From Histomonas meleagridis 2922-C6/04-290x (lineage: Eukaryota > Protista > Parabasalia), in the NCBI GenBank assembly GCA_020184695.1, contig JAANOX010000064.1, forward strand, positions 1-64,000: a stretch of 64,000 nucleotides of DNA, in the 5' to 3' direction. The notes below the pieces were generated by a model. The model was not told where the DNA came from, did not search any database, and saw only the letters and a list, made by a program, of their open reading frames with translations. Both the position numbers and the translations under genes were made by a program. Below are positions 41,446 to 52,334 of this stretch, in pieces (the stretch's first letter is position 1; each line of letters starts with the position of its first letter).

Positions 41446-43348
41446 GTTTCAGCTTGGAATATATCTATAGACCTTCACCAATTATACATCGGCTATCTCA
41501 AAAGTTTAAAATCTCACGGTTAAACTTTTAAAAACCTGTTGTTTTATTGTCGTTTTTTAAACCGATTTTGAAATATTTGTATCGATTTTTAAAAACGACA
41601 ATCAAAGAAACAGCCTTAAAACATTATATTTTCACTTTTAAATAACTCAATGAATATATGTTATAGAACTAAATTTATGCTTTAATTTGGTGTGCCGTTC
41701 ATTTATCAAAGATGTTTTCATCATTATAAAATTTATTTTTTTTAAACGTTGGCAATTCTGTTATTTCTTGCTTTTAAAGTTTATTATAATATATATAATA
41801 AACAAAATATATAGAGCTCTTTATGTACAAAATCAATTACATTGTATCTTTAATTTAAAAGATATTTTTTGATTTTGAGAATAATGAATTCAAGTAAAGT
41901 TTATCCCATTTCATTCAAAAACTAACATTTAATGTATTTACAATCAGAATTCGAAATTATTGATCGTTGTGCAACAATATTTACATTATTATATTTAAAG
42001 TCAGTGATACTATTTAAACATCATAAAATTCAAAATTTCATATTTAAAAAAACTAATTCAAAACATTTTAAAGTAAAAATGATATTTCGTTAATATGATT
42101 TCATTTTATTTTATATGACAACACATAATTTTTATATAAAAATTAAATCAAAAAATTTTCATTATTACACATTTTATTCATAGCCAATTGTCTTCATCTT
42201 CTTTCACAATATCTTCAACCAAACTATTTACTTCTTCGATTTGCTTTGTACTTGATGTCGTCGTGTCCTTAAATTGTAACTTTGATTTCGATTTTTCTTT
42301 CTTATTATTACTTTTCACTAAAAATATAACAATTCCAACAATGATCAAAACAAATGCAAATGATCCGCAAATAATACCAATCAAAGCATTTGTCGTAATT
42401 CCTTTTGGCGAATTTTCATTGGAAGTGTAAAACATTGTAAAGAAATTGGAATAATAATTATAATAAGTCGAATAAATAACAATTGTGTAATTGTAATAAA
42501 TAAATTCTGTTTCAATATATGAAAATGTCGAATTATTTATATATAATGAAAATGTTTTCGTTTGTGTTTCATAAATAGTTAATGAATGTGTAATCGATAA
42601 TGTAATTGTTAATGTATATGAAAATGATAATGAAATATCACTTTGAAGTGATGAAGTAAATGTATTCGACTGACTAAATGAATGCGTTGGAAGTGGTTCG
42701 CATGTTCCTTCTGTGTTGTCTTTGTCAACATTTAAATTTCCAAATTTACTTCCTACGTATGTTGGATATGTGATAATACTTGTAAAAACATTAGAAAATG
42801 CACCTTCACCAATTTCTGGTTCTGAATATCCATAATAATAAATACATTCAAGTGCATAACAATTACCAAATGCCGAACCTTCAATATTTCTTATTCCATA
42901 GCCAAGTGTTAATATCCTTAAATTAGAACATAATGCAAATGCATAACTGCCAATTGTTGTAACTGAATTTGGAATTGTAATGTTTTTGATCGATGAACAC
43001 ATTGAAAATGATGAACCACCAATTGTTGTAACATTTTCTCCAATTATAATCGTAACTAAATTAGAACATGAAGAAAATGCAGAACTTCCAATAGATGATA
43101 CTGAATTACCAAAATTAACTGAAACAACTGAAGACCATTCTGAAAATGAACCACTTGGAATTTTATATATATTTTCACTGATGATTATATATTTCGTAAT
43201 ATTTTTATATTGAGAAATTTCATTAAATTCATTTGAATTTATGATTGTAAGTGTTAAATTATCTTCATTATATATTTGATAAGAATTCATGAAAAACATA
43301 ACGAAAATTAAAATATTTTCAGTTTTTTTCTTTTCGTTTGCTTTCAAT
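39843..43348. repeat. Near-identical direct duplication: 39843-40855 versus 42430-43348
   Basis: The sequences match over the LRR and stalk except for a 96-nt indel, a 3-nt indel, a 1-nt indel and a few substitutions. Confidence 0.92.
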
Positions 43349-43845
43349 TTATTCATTAAAAATTTGATTTCATAAAATAAAAAAAATCCCAAAACAAAAA
43401 AGTTATACATTAGAACTTGAGCATTTTCATTGAATTTGTACATTTTCTTCAAGAAATTTTTATTCATTGAAATTAGTAAATGAGCTTTTAATGAAAAATG
43501 ATTAAATGTAAAAGAAAAGAATTTGAAATAATGTTTAACATATGACATCGGTAACTTTAATAAAGAGAAATGATACTTGTATTCTTCTGTGATAACATTA
43601 AATGTATTCGATTCATTCGCTTTTAGCATAATAAAATTTGTGACTTTAATGGATATGCACTCCTTGTTATGGGATGAGAATGGTAAATATGTATGCCCTT
43701 TGGATTCTAAAGTGAAATAAGTGGAATGTTTGAGAGTTTGAGAAATAGATAATTGATCACTAAAAATCTTTGAACCTGAATTTTTTGGAGAGATTTGTAA
43801 TGAGCAAAAGAAACACATGGGTAAAAACAGAAAGAAAGAACACAT
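42178..43845 (-). CDS. BspA-like surface protein, copy B
   Basis: Intact ORF with TpLRRs, S/T stalk, TM ALIGIICGSFAFVLIIVGIVIFLV and tail ending EDEDNWL. Possible core start at 43290/43299. Confidence 0.88.
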   Translation of the reverse strand: MCSFFLFLPMCFFCSLQISPKNSGSKIFSDQLSISQTLKHSTYFTLESKGHTYLPFSSHNKECISIKVTNFIMLKANESNTFNVITEEYKYHFSLLKLPMSYVKHYFKFFSFTFNHFSLKAHLLISMNKNFLKKMYKFNENAQVLMYNFFVLGFFLFYEIKFLMNKLKANEKKKTENILIFVMFFMNSYQIYNEDNLTLTIINSNEFNEISQYKNITKYIIISENIYKIPSGSFSEWSSVVSVNFGNSVSSIGSSAFSSCSNLVTIIIGENVTTIGGSSFSMCSSIKNITIPNSVTTIGSYAFALCSNLRILTLGYGIRNIEGSAFGNCYALECIYYYGYSEPEIGEGAFSNVFTSIITYPTYVGSKFGNLNVDKDNTEGTCEPLPTHSFSQSNTFTSSLQSDISLSFSYTLTITLSITHSLTIYETQTKTFSLYINNSTFSYIETEFIYYNYTIVIYSTYYNYYSNFFTMFYTSNENSPKGITTNALIGIICGSFAFVLIIVGIVIFLVKSNNKKEKSKSKLQFKDTTTSSTKQIEEVNSLVEDIVKEDEDNWL

Positions 43846-44889
43846 TTGCGAGAAAACTTGAGAAACTTGCTAATAAATCAGTCAAAAACGATACAGAGAG
43901 TTTCAACCGCGCCGCGTTTTCGTCGGTTCATTGGTTTAACTTTTGTTGATGGATGTTTTGTTGTTTTTGCGATCGGAAGCTGTTTACAAAGCTGAAAACG
44001 TAATGTTTTTATTGAAAAGTGACAGAAAGTTCCCTCATTTCAATTGCCAAAACAACAACAAAATGAATGAAAGAAAGTGATATCGTTCGACATCAACGAA
44101 TACATGAAAGAAAAAAGCTCAAAAAGTTTGCTTCACGACACAATTAACAATGTTAATGTTCAATTGAAAATTTTGGGGAGCACTCCTCTAAACGGCCGCG
44201 TTTTTGTTTGCCAACTGGATTAATCTTGCATGAACTAATAATTTGCTATCATTTTTGTACTGAATCAACCAAGAAATACATATAATCATAAATTCATTAC
44301 CGCTAACAATTTCACAATTACAATTGAATATTTAGAATCGGAATTATACAAGAATAAGCTTCGCGTTGTTCGATGAGCAAAGCAAACAAAAAGAAATTTT
44401 AAAAAAGAACTCATTGAGAATAAATAAAATTATTAAAACGTTAAAAGAATACAAAAATATTGTGTGCTAGTAAATAAGTTTATTCGGGAATTATAAATAA
44501 GCATATGGTTTGATAGAATGCGATGTGTTTTTAATATTCAATAATAAAAGAAAGATTCTCATGTTTCATGAGTTTTCTCTTTGTTAAGTAGTTTTAGCCT
44601 ACGTTAAGTAAAACATATGGTTTTCCATTTAATCCGAATTACGTCAAATGTGTAATAAATTTTTCTTTTTTAAGATTTGGTGATTTGTTATAAATATTTA
44701 GATGAAAATGTTTCGTTTCCATCAAAAATAATAATAACAAATGTATAATCGATTAGCACAATTAAAGCTGTGCTCTTCGAATATAACAATTCCGAAAACT
44801 ATTGGAATGATAACAAAATGTGTAAACGTTCACAAAAACGAACGTTTTTTCGAAACGGTTTTTGATTCTCCGGCCACTTTAGGTTCGAA

Positions 44890-46500
44890 ATGCCAACAAA
44901 GCAGACATTCCAAGGATTCTTTAAAGACGGAACTCGTTACTTCAACGGTACAGACGAAGTTCTTCTTCGTAACATTGATGCCGTTGTCGATCTCAGTGAA
45001 TTAACACGAACATCACTTGGTCCAAATGGTATGAAAAAGATCATTAAGAACCACTTTGGCAAGTTATACGTCACTGGTGATGCAGCTACAATTCTTAAAG
45101 AAGCCGAAATTCAACATCCAGCTGCAAAAATGTTAGTTTCAGCATCACAAATGCAAGCCGAACAAATCGGTGACGGAACAAATCTTGTTCTTGTGTTCGC
45201 AGGTGAATGTCTTTCACGTGCAGCCGAACTTGTTCGTGCTGGAATTAATACCAAAGATATTGTAGCTGGTTATCAAGCAGCTTTAGCTAAAGCGCTTGAG
45301 ATTTTACCAACACTTACACTCAATAAGACAGTCGATCTAATGAATCAAGACAATGTAGCAGAGGCATTAAAGACATCTCTTTCATCACACCAATTTCTCG
45401 ACGCAGATCATCTTTCCAAACTCGTCGCAGCAGCATGTATCAATGCTAATCAACGCGCAGGTGTTAAATTCTCAGTTGATAATGTCCGTGTTGCAAAGGC
45501 ACTCGGTGGATCAGTCAATGACTCATATTTTGTTAAAGGATTTGTCGTCCAAAGAGAAGTAATGGGAACAATTCGTCGTATGGAGAATTGTAACATTGCA
45601 GTATATTCGACATCATTTGATTTACCAGAATCAGACACTAAGATGCAAACCATCTTTACAAATGGTGAAGAAATGACCAAATTTAACTTATCAAAGGAAC
45701 AACGAATGAATGAAATAGTTTCATCAATCGCAGAAAAAGGTATTAACGTTGTTGTTTGTCAATCAAAGATTACCGAATTAGCAATGCATTATTTGGAACA
45801 ACATAAAATAATGGCATTACAATTACCATCGAATTGGGATATCCGAAGATTATGTAGAGCTGTTAGAGCTATCCCATTATTACGTATTGCACCACCAACA
45901 GAAGATGAAATTGGTCATTGTCCACTTGTGGAAGTTACTGAAGTCGGATCAACGCCATTAGTTTCATTCATTGCTGATGGAGGTGTTTCTACTATAGTAA
46001 TTAGAGGTGCGACACCGAATGTTATGGAAGATGTCGAAAGATCTATTGAAGACGCTGTTAATAGTTATTTGGTAATGACAGAATACCCACAATTAGTTGC
46101 AGGCGCTGGTGCGTGTGAAATGGAATTATCGACACAAATCGCGAAATGGGCTGAAAATAGACCTGGAATGGATCAATATGGCGCAAGGAAATTCGCAGAA
46201 GCTTTGGAAATTGTACCGAAAACGATCGCAGAAAATTCGGGATTAAAGATATCAGAGTTTATGGCTAAGCTGAGAGCTGCACATAATAAGGGCGAGAAGA
46301 ACGCTGGCGTGGATGTTGTTGAATTAAAGGTTGAAGATGCAGAGAAAATGGGTGTATATGATATCGCTCATGTGAAAGAATGGGCAATGAAATTCGCTAT
46401 AGAAGTGGTGGTTACAATATTACGCGTTGACCAAATTTGTATGGCTAAGCCTGCAAGTGGACCTGCACCAAGATCACCAGAAGCAAGAGACATTGACTAA
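44890..46500 (+). CDS. CCT8: T-complex protein 1 subunit theta
   Basis: Contains EVLLRNIDAV, RTSLGPNGMKKII, VTGDAATILKE, IQHPAAKML, GDGTNLV, AGAGACEMEL and LRVDQICMAKPASGP. Confidence 0.95.
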   Translation: MPTKQTFQGFFKDGTRYFNGTDEVLLRNIDAVVDLSELTRTSLGPNGMKKIIKNHFGKLYVTGDAATILKEAEIQHPAAKMLVSASQMQAEQIGDGTNLVLVFAGECLSRAAELVRAGINTKDIVAGYQAALAKALEILPTLTLNKTVDLMNQDNVAEALKTSLSSHQFLDADHLSKLVAAACINANQRAGVKFSVDNVRVAKALGGSVNDSYFVKGFVVQREVMGTIRRMENCNIAVYSTSFDLPESDTKMQTIFTNGEEMTKFNLSKEQRMNEIVSSIAEKGINVVVCQSKITELAMHYLEQHKIMALQLPSNWDIRRLCRAVRAIPLLRIAPPTEDEIGHCPLVEVTEVGSTPLVSFIADGGVSTIVIRGATPNVMEDVERSIEDAVNSYLVMTEYPQLVAGAGACEMELSTQIAKWAENRPGMDQYGARKFAEALEIVPKTIAENSGLKISEFMAKLRAAHNKGEKNAGVDVVELKVEDAEKMGVYDIAHVKEWAMKFAIEVVVTILRVDQICMAKPASGPAPRSPEARDID

Positions 46501-47473
46501 ACAATTTGAAAATCATTTATTTTATTAATTTGGACATCAAATTTGATGCTAAAATCTTTGATGTTTTAAATGTTTTACATTTTGTTGAACAAGAACTTCA
46601 ACAATTGCTCAAATGATGTATTCATTATTTGGAGAACAGTGCTTTGGTTTAATTTTGATATCGTTTGTACACGGATTTACAATGAATTGTTTTTATTTTT
46701 TTGTTGGAATTATTGTTTGTGTTTTCATTATGGGTAGGTCAATGAGATTAACATATGTAATTTTAATGCAAAGTGATTATTTTAAGATAATTTTACTGAT
46801 CAGTAAAACAAACACTAATATTTTTAATGGAATCATTTGTAAATACATTGTATGATTTTTTAAATTATTATATATCGTATACATAGTTTTAATCAAATTT
46901 TGAAAATTCTTCTGTAAAATATGTATTGATACATATTAACACATATATCAACATTATTGATATATCCTCAATATGTGAAAAAAAAAACTTCGCACTTCGT
47001 ATAATAAAAAACTATGGTGATCTGATGTTATTTAAAAGTATTAAGTGTTCAGCAAAGATAACTCAATATTTTAGAATTAAGATCAATTTTTTGTTTAAAT
47101 AATTTAACAATTTTGTCATAACCATTTCTTGATGCATACATTCGTGCTGCAAAAAATATTTTAATTTTTATATATTGTTTTGAAATGTTAAACTATTGAT
47201 TTAAATATAAATAAATTTGCTTAAATTAAAATAATGGAAAAAATCATTATTATTAGGATTCATTGTTGGTTTGATAGATTCAACAATATTATCTTTATTT
47301 AAGTTAAAAATTATTTTTTCAAGTGGTTCTAATACATTTGACCATTCGGGTAAATTCGAATCTTTTTAGAATAAACTATGCAAAAAAAGAAATTGAATAT
47401 CCACATAAGCGTTTTACGACTTTTTAATAATGCTTGCTGAATAATTTGAATATGAAAAGCTTTGGTCGAACAA

Positions 47474-49066
47474 ATGGGAAAAATAACAAGGAAAGGCACA
47501 AAAGGAAGAAAGGCAAATCTCGTCCGCCAAGATAAAATTGAAGAAAGAGTTTCACTTCCAAATAGAATCGAATTTAGGAGACTTGCTATTCTTCATGGCG
47601 TATATCCAAAAGAAATACCAAAAGAAACAAATTCACCTTTCGCTGCTTTCCATAAAAAAGATCTCACAATGATTAATAATAGTCCAATGGCTTGGTACAT
47701 TCGTGAACATACAGCTTGGGTAAATAAATTCCAAAAGAAACTCAACCGCAAAGAATTATTTAAAGCTCCAGAGCCAAAAGCGCCATATGCAGAAATCATC
47801 AGATCAAGATACCCAACATTTGCAGATGCACTACATGATCTTGATGATGCATTGACCACAGTTGCTTTATTTGCTCAATTAACAGGAACTCAATTAATCC
47901 CATCCGAAAAAATTAATGACTGCATCAAGTTAATAACAGAATTCCATTATTATGTTGCTCGAACCAATTCTTTAAATTATGGATTTATATCTGTTCGTGG
48001 ATTTCATTTCGAAGCAACAATTGAAGGTGAGAAAATTTTATGGCTTATTCCTCATGAGTTCCCTATTCCACCAGATGCCGAAGTTGATTATAAGGTATTA
48101 TTAGATTTCCTTGAATTGTATGAACAATTACTTCGTTTTGTTAACATAAGATTATTTATTCAAATTGGTATGAAATATCCACCTATCTTTGACCAAGAAA
48201 AATGGAATGAAGGTCTTTATTTCGATGCCATCAAAGATACACGTCAACAAGAAGAGCCAGTTATTGACGCTGCTCCTGCGCCAGTCGAAGACAATGGAAC
48301 AACAGACAAACTGAAGGAAGCTCTTGCATCTGCATCTAATCAGGTTGTTGAAGAAATCCCTGAAGAAGGCCAACTTTTGTTTTCTAAGTTTGTGTTCACC
48401 ATTTCGCATGAGGTCCCTCGTAATGCCATCTCGTTTGTCATAGAGTCGCTCGGAGGAAGGATCATCTGGGATGAGGAAAGTGACGACCCATCGATCACCC
48501 ACACAATTATGGACCGCCCCGAAATTGAGACCCGTTATCTTAACCGCAAATATGTCCAACCGCAATGGGTCTTTGATTGCTTAAATAAGAAACAGATTTT
48601 GGACGTTGGCTTATACCAACCAGGCGCTGAACTTCCACCACATCTTTCACCATTCGATAGAGAAAATATTGTAGTTGAAGGATTAGCAAATGATGAAAAA
48701 GAAATGGAAGCTGATGGTGATGAATCAGGAGATGAAATAGATGAAGAAATCCGTCGTATTGCAATGGAAGCTGATTACGCTGAAGGTATTGCATCAGAAT
48801 TAGGAACTGAAACAGGAATGGAAAAGCCAGAGTTAATGCAACTAAAGGAAGAAATGAAGCGTAAGAAGAAGGAAGAACAAGAGAGAATGGCTGCTGGCCA
48901 ACTTCAAGGAAGGAAAATGTATATTTACAAAAAATTAAAACATCAAGAAAGACAAAAGTTAAGAGCTAAACAAAACGCAGATAAGGAAATAAATGAAGAA
49001 GTTGCACCAGAAGCGCTTGAAGAAGAAGAAATATTCGAAGAAGAGGAAGAAGAAAAACAAGAGTAA
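47474..49066 (+). CDS. PES1: Pescadillo homolog (60S biogenesis, BRCT domain)
   Basis: Contains EFRRLAILHGVYP, IIRSRYPTFADALHDLDDALT, ISVRGFHF, BRCT YVQPQWVFDCLN and YQPGAELPPHLSPF. First ATG is at 47474. Confidence 0.95.
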   Translation: MGKITRKGTKGRKANLVRQDKIEERVSLPNRIEFRRLAILHGVYPKEIPKETNSPFAAFHKKDLTMINNSPMAWYIREHTAWVNKFQKKLNRKELFKAPEPKAPYAEIIRSRYPTFADALHDLDDALTTVALFAQLTGTQLIPSEKINDCIKLITEFHYYVARTNSLNYGFISVRGFHFEATIEGEKILWLIPHEFPIPPDAEVDYKVLLDFLELYEQLLRFVNIRLFIQIGMKYPPIFDQEKWNEGLYFDAIKDTRQQEEPVIDAAPAPVEDNGTTDKLKEALASASNQVVEEIPEEGQLLFSKFVFTISHEVPRNAISFVIESLGGRIIWDEESDDPSITHTIMDRPEIETRYLNRKYVQPQWVFDCLNKKQILDVGLYQPGAELPPHLSPFDRENIVVEGLANDEKEMEADGDESGDEIDEEIRRIAMEADYAEGIASELGTETGMEKPELMQLKEEMKRKKKEEQERMAAGQLQGRKMYIYKKLKHQERQKLRAKQNADKEINEEVAPEALEEEEIFEEEEEEKQE

Positions 49067-49091
49067 TAAATAGATATTCTGAAGTTTGTGT

Positions 49092-50747
49092 TTATATATT
49101 CATTGAACCTTTCAAGTCCTTTAGTTTATAATACGTTTCGTTTAAAGATTTCATTGGATATGTCTCCAATTTGTGGCTGTAGTAATCATCGGCAATCGTT
49201 TTGAATTCCACTTTTTGAGAGTTGTCGTCTTTATCGTCCTTCTCAAAAAGTTCATTTAACTTTAACACGAGTTTTTCTATTTTGGAAAGAAGCTCTTGTT
49301 TCTCCCCCTTTTGCAAAACTGACTTCACGGCTCCCATACTATTGTACATGAAGTCAAAGTATTTGGCTTCATCAGGATATCTAACTTTGAAATCAATTGG
49401 ATAACAATCTCCTTCATTCTTGCACCATGTAACAGATTCAATACAAGGAGCATCACTTTGCATTTTGAAGACACCGTATGGCTTGTCTCCTTCCGAAAAT
49501 GTGATATTGGAGATGTTCACCAAATCAATATCTTGGTTGAAAGAAACGCCAAAAAGAACATGTCTAGGATCAGATGTAATACGAACTGTATTACATCCTT
49601 TTGAATTTTCGACAATTTCTTCTTTACAACTTAAAGTTTGAACACATAATTGATGTGTCTTTTCACATCTTAATGTCATATTCTTATTGACCATTTTCAT
49701 CAACATCCCACTTGGAAATGGTGAATATCCTGATAGTTGAAGTGCTGAATAAACACCACCATAAGCAAATGCTGTATTTGTTCCGAATTCTTTTTTGATT
49801 GGAACCGTTAAATTCTGAACAACCGACTTTATCGTTGCCATAACCGCCGGATTTGAGGAGGAGCCGCCGGTTATTTGGATTTCGTCAATTCCGCCATTTT
49901 TTTCAATGATTTCAACACTAGTTGAGACAAGGCTAGCGAGAACGCCTAATTGGTCTTTAAGAAGTTCGTTTTTGCTTCCTTTTTTCAGGAGTTTTTGCGC
50001 TTTGTGCTCACTAATGTTGAGCTGTTGCGAAAGAGCTTGACGAAAATGATATCCACCAACTTTAGTGGTGGCGAGAGAAAACATTTCATAGCATTTTGTT
50101 TGATTTCCATCCCATTCAAAACCAATTCCAAATGCTTTGGATGTTGTGGAACCAATATCTAAAAATAAGACATTGTAAGGTTTGGAAGAATTCCTATTGA
50201 TGATGCGTTGGGTTTTAGAAGCTGAGTAACCAATACTAATTGCTGTTACTTCATCAATTATTGTATAAACTGGGATTGAATGAAAATTGCATGCATGATG
50301 TATAAGATCACGCTGTGTTTCCGTCCAGAAATTTGGAACTACAAAAGTTATAGGATTTGTGATTTTTGACATTTGTTTTATTAATAAAAATACCAAATAA
50401 GTAGAAAATGCTGGAAGTGGTTCCATGATATCTGTGGTTAGGAATTCAGTATTATTGTTTCCGATTGTCATTGGAAGATATTTGTATCCAATTGATGGAT
50501 TTTTCTTTAGTGTTGAGAGAGCTGACTTTCCAATTTTAACATCAAATAAATCAGCTGTTTGATTAGTTAACTTGGTAATTGTTGAATTCTTTGCTTTGAA
50601 TGAAATTGCTGATGGAATTCCTTTCTCAAAACCGGGAAGAAAAGAAGGAACCCCATTAAAATCTGATTTCGCTATTTTTATGTATTCACTTCCCAGGTCT
50701 ATGGCAATATATTCCAGATTGATCCCAAGAAGGAACAACAAATACAT
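49092..50747 (-). CDS. Divergent secretory Hsp70-family (Grp170/HYOU1-like) protein
   Basis: Signal-like N-terminus, IAIDLGSEYIKIA, VVPNFWTETQR, LFLDIGSTTSKA, VGGYHF and IQITGGSS. Confidence 0.75.
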   Translation of the reverse strand: MYLLFLLGINLEYIAIDLGSEYIKIAKSDFNGVPSFLPGFEKGIPSAISFKAKNSTITKLTNQTADLFDVKIGKSALSTLKKNPSIGYKYLPMTIGNNNTEFLTTDIMEPLPAFSTYLVFLLIKQMSKITNPITFVVPNFWTETQRDLIHHACNFHSIPVYTIIDEVTAISIGYSASKTQRIINRNSSKPYNVLFLDIGSTTSKAFGIGFEWDGNQTKCYEMFSLATTKVGGYHFRQALSQQLNISEHKAQKLLKKGSKNELLKDQLGVLASLVSTSVEIIEKNGGIDEIQITGGSSSNPAVMATIKSVVQNLTVPIKKEFGTNTAFAYGGVYSALQLSGYSPFPSGMLMKMVNKNMTLRCEKTHQLCVQTLSCKEEIVENSKGCNTVRITSDPRHVLFGVSFNQDIDLVNISNITFSEGDKPYGVFKMQSDAPCIESVTWCKNEGDCYPIDFKVRYPDEAKYFDFMYNSMGAVKSVLQKGEKQELLSKIEKLVLKLNELFEKDDKDDNSQKVEFKTIADDYYSHKLETYPMKSLNETYYKLKDLKGSMNI

Positions 50748-51423
50748 TTAGTCAGGGTGAGGAGCCCGCCGGCAAAGTAAAAAGTGACAAAATGAGGCTT
50801 TTTGTGGATGCTTTTGGTCAGCACGATAGAAATTGAAAAACTGTCATACTTGGCCAGACGGTTATGGCGGAAATCAGAATAATATTATCTAAAAGTGTAT
50901 CATTCTATGGCTATAGAATAATTGAAGACAGAAGCATATGAAAGAGTTTATAATTTATTTTTAGCGATGCCTCTAATCATGTGTACCTTATAAAGGCACA
51001 GCTATAATTGTAGTGTAACTTATTATGATTAATTTTGACTTGAATAGCTCACAAAAGTTTTGGAAATCCTCTCAAAATGATAGATACAACATTTAGTTTT
51101 TAGACATCATGGATATTTCGGTTAAATATGTCATGAAGACTTGGCCAAATTCATTTTTTTCGAGTCGCTATTTCCAAAGTTTTTATATCGTCACTTTTTC
51201 GATATTTCATTGTAACCGCTGGGCCAGCGATCACAGTAATCCTCTTTTTTATGTAAACCAATCAAAACGCACGAAGAAGCGATATTTCTGAACAAAAATC
51301 AATTCAAATTTGAATTTTAAGATCTAAAAAAAGCTTCCAAAATTGATATGGATTTTTGATAACGCAATTGAAAACCAAAAAATTGAGCGAATAACAAAAT
51401 TCAGGGAAGGAACACAGATATTT

Positions 51424-51996
51424 ATGTCGAGCATCTTGATCAATCTCCACCTTACCTATGACAAAACTACAACAGCGGTCAGTGTAGATCCTTTGAGTAC
51501 GATATCTGACCTTGATTGCTACCAAAATGATTTGTTATTTGTCCATAATGGAAATGTTTTGTCTCCTGCTTTTACCTTTCAGTTTTATCAAATAACAAGC
51601 GGTGACAATATATACGTTGCGAAAAAAGCAACGAACCCAACTAAAACGATTCCAATTGCTCGTTTTACAAAATATTTAACACCGTCCGAATTGTTAGACC
51701 CAATCAAAAGAAAAAAGCATTTCAAGGCAGTCTTAGGGTACGTTCCAGATCCAGAGTATATGCAATTCATTGTTGATAATCTAACAGATCCTTCTTTAGC
51801 AATAGAAGCATCAAAGATTAAAGACAGATTTTTCCAACGTGTTGAAGGAAGCTACAACCTTAACCAAAAAGTAATGAGTCGTTTCTCATCTGTTCAACAA
51901 AAATTAATCATACCAGAAACAAAAATAGATCTTAAAATCGGGAAAGCACAAAGCGCTCCTTCTACAAATCAACTTCCTCAGTTATGGAGTCTCTAA
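51424..51996 (+). CDS. Hypothetical protein with an N-terminal ubiquitin-like domain
   Basis: VSVDPLSTISDL...LLFVHNGNVLSPAFTFQFYQITSGDNIYV fits a beta-grasp pattern. The start could be 51343 or 51424. Confidence 0.5.
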   Translation: MSSILINLHLTYDKTTTAVSVDPLSTISDLDCYQNDLLFVHNGNVLSPAFTFQFYQITSGDNIYVAKKATNPTKTIPIARFTKYLTPSELLDPIKRKKHFKAVLGYVPDPEYMQFIVDNLTDPSLAIEASKIKDRFFQRVEGSYNLNQKVMSRFSSVQQKLIIPETKIDLKIGKAQSAPSTNQLPQLWSL

Positions 51997-52334
51997 CAGA
52001 TTTAGCGAAAATTTTTGTATATTCAATAAAAATAAATTTTTTGAAACGATATTTGAATGCAAAATCAATACCATTGAAAAAGTTCGTTCGTTAATCCATA
52101 AAAAATTCCAATTTTAGGCCAAAGAATGCATAACACCAGTGTTAAAGCAAATCTTCGGTGCCACTTCTTTGATTTATGGAGGAGGTTAAGAAAAACAAAA
52201 AATATTTTTTCATGAAAATATTTGCATCAATTTCCTCGACTCGACTTTTCTCAATGTGCACTTAAACAACTTTCCAAAAGAATAACTTTAGCAAACAAAT
52301 GTCATTTTCTTTCTTGTTGCTTTATTAATACCTT

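Noticed and set aside
43900-44170. Repeated GCCGCGTTTT motif (two copies) upstream of BspA copy B
   Set aside because: Two short copies are too little to call a regulatory element without genome-wide enrichment.
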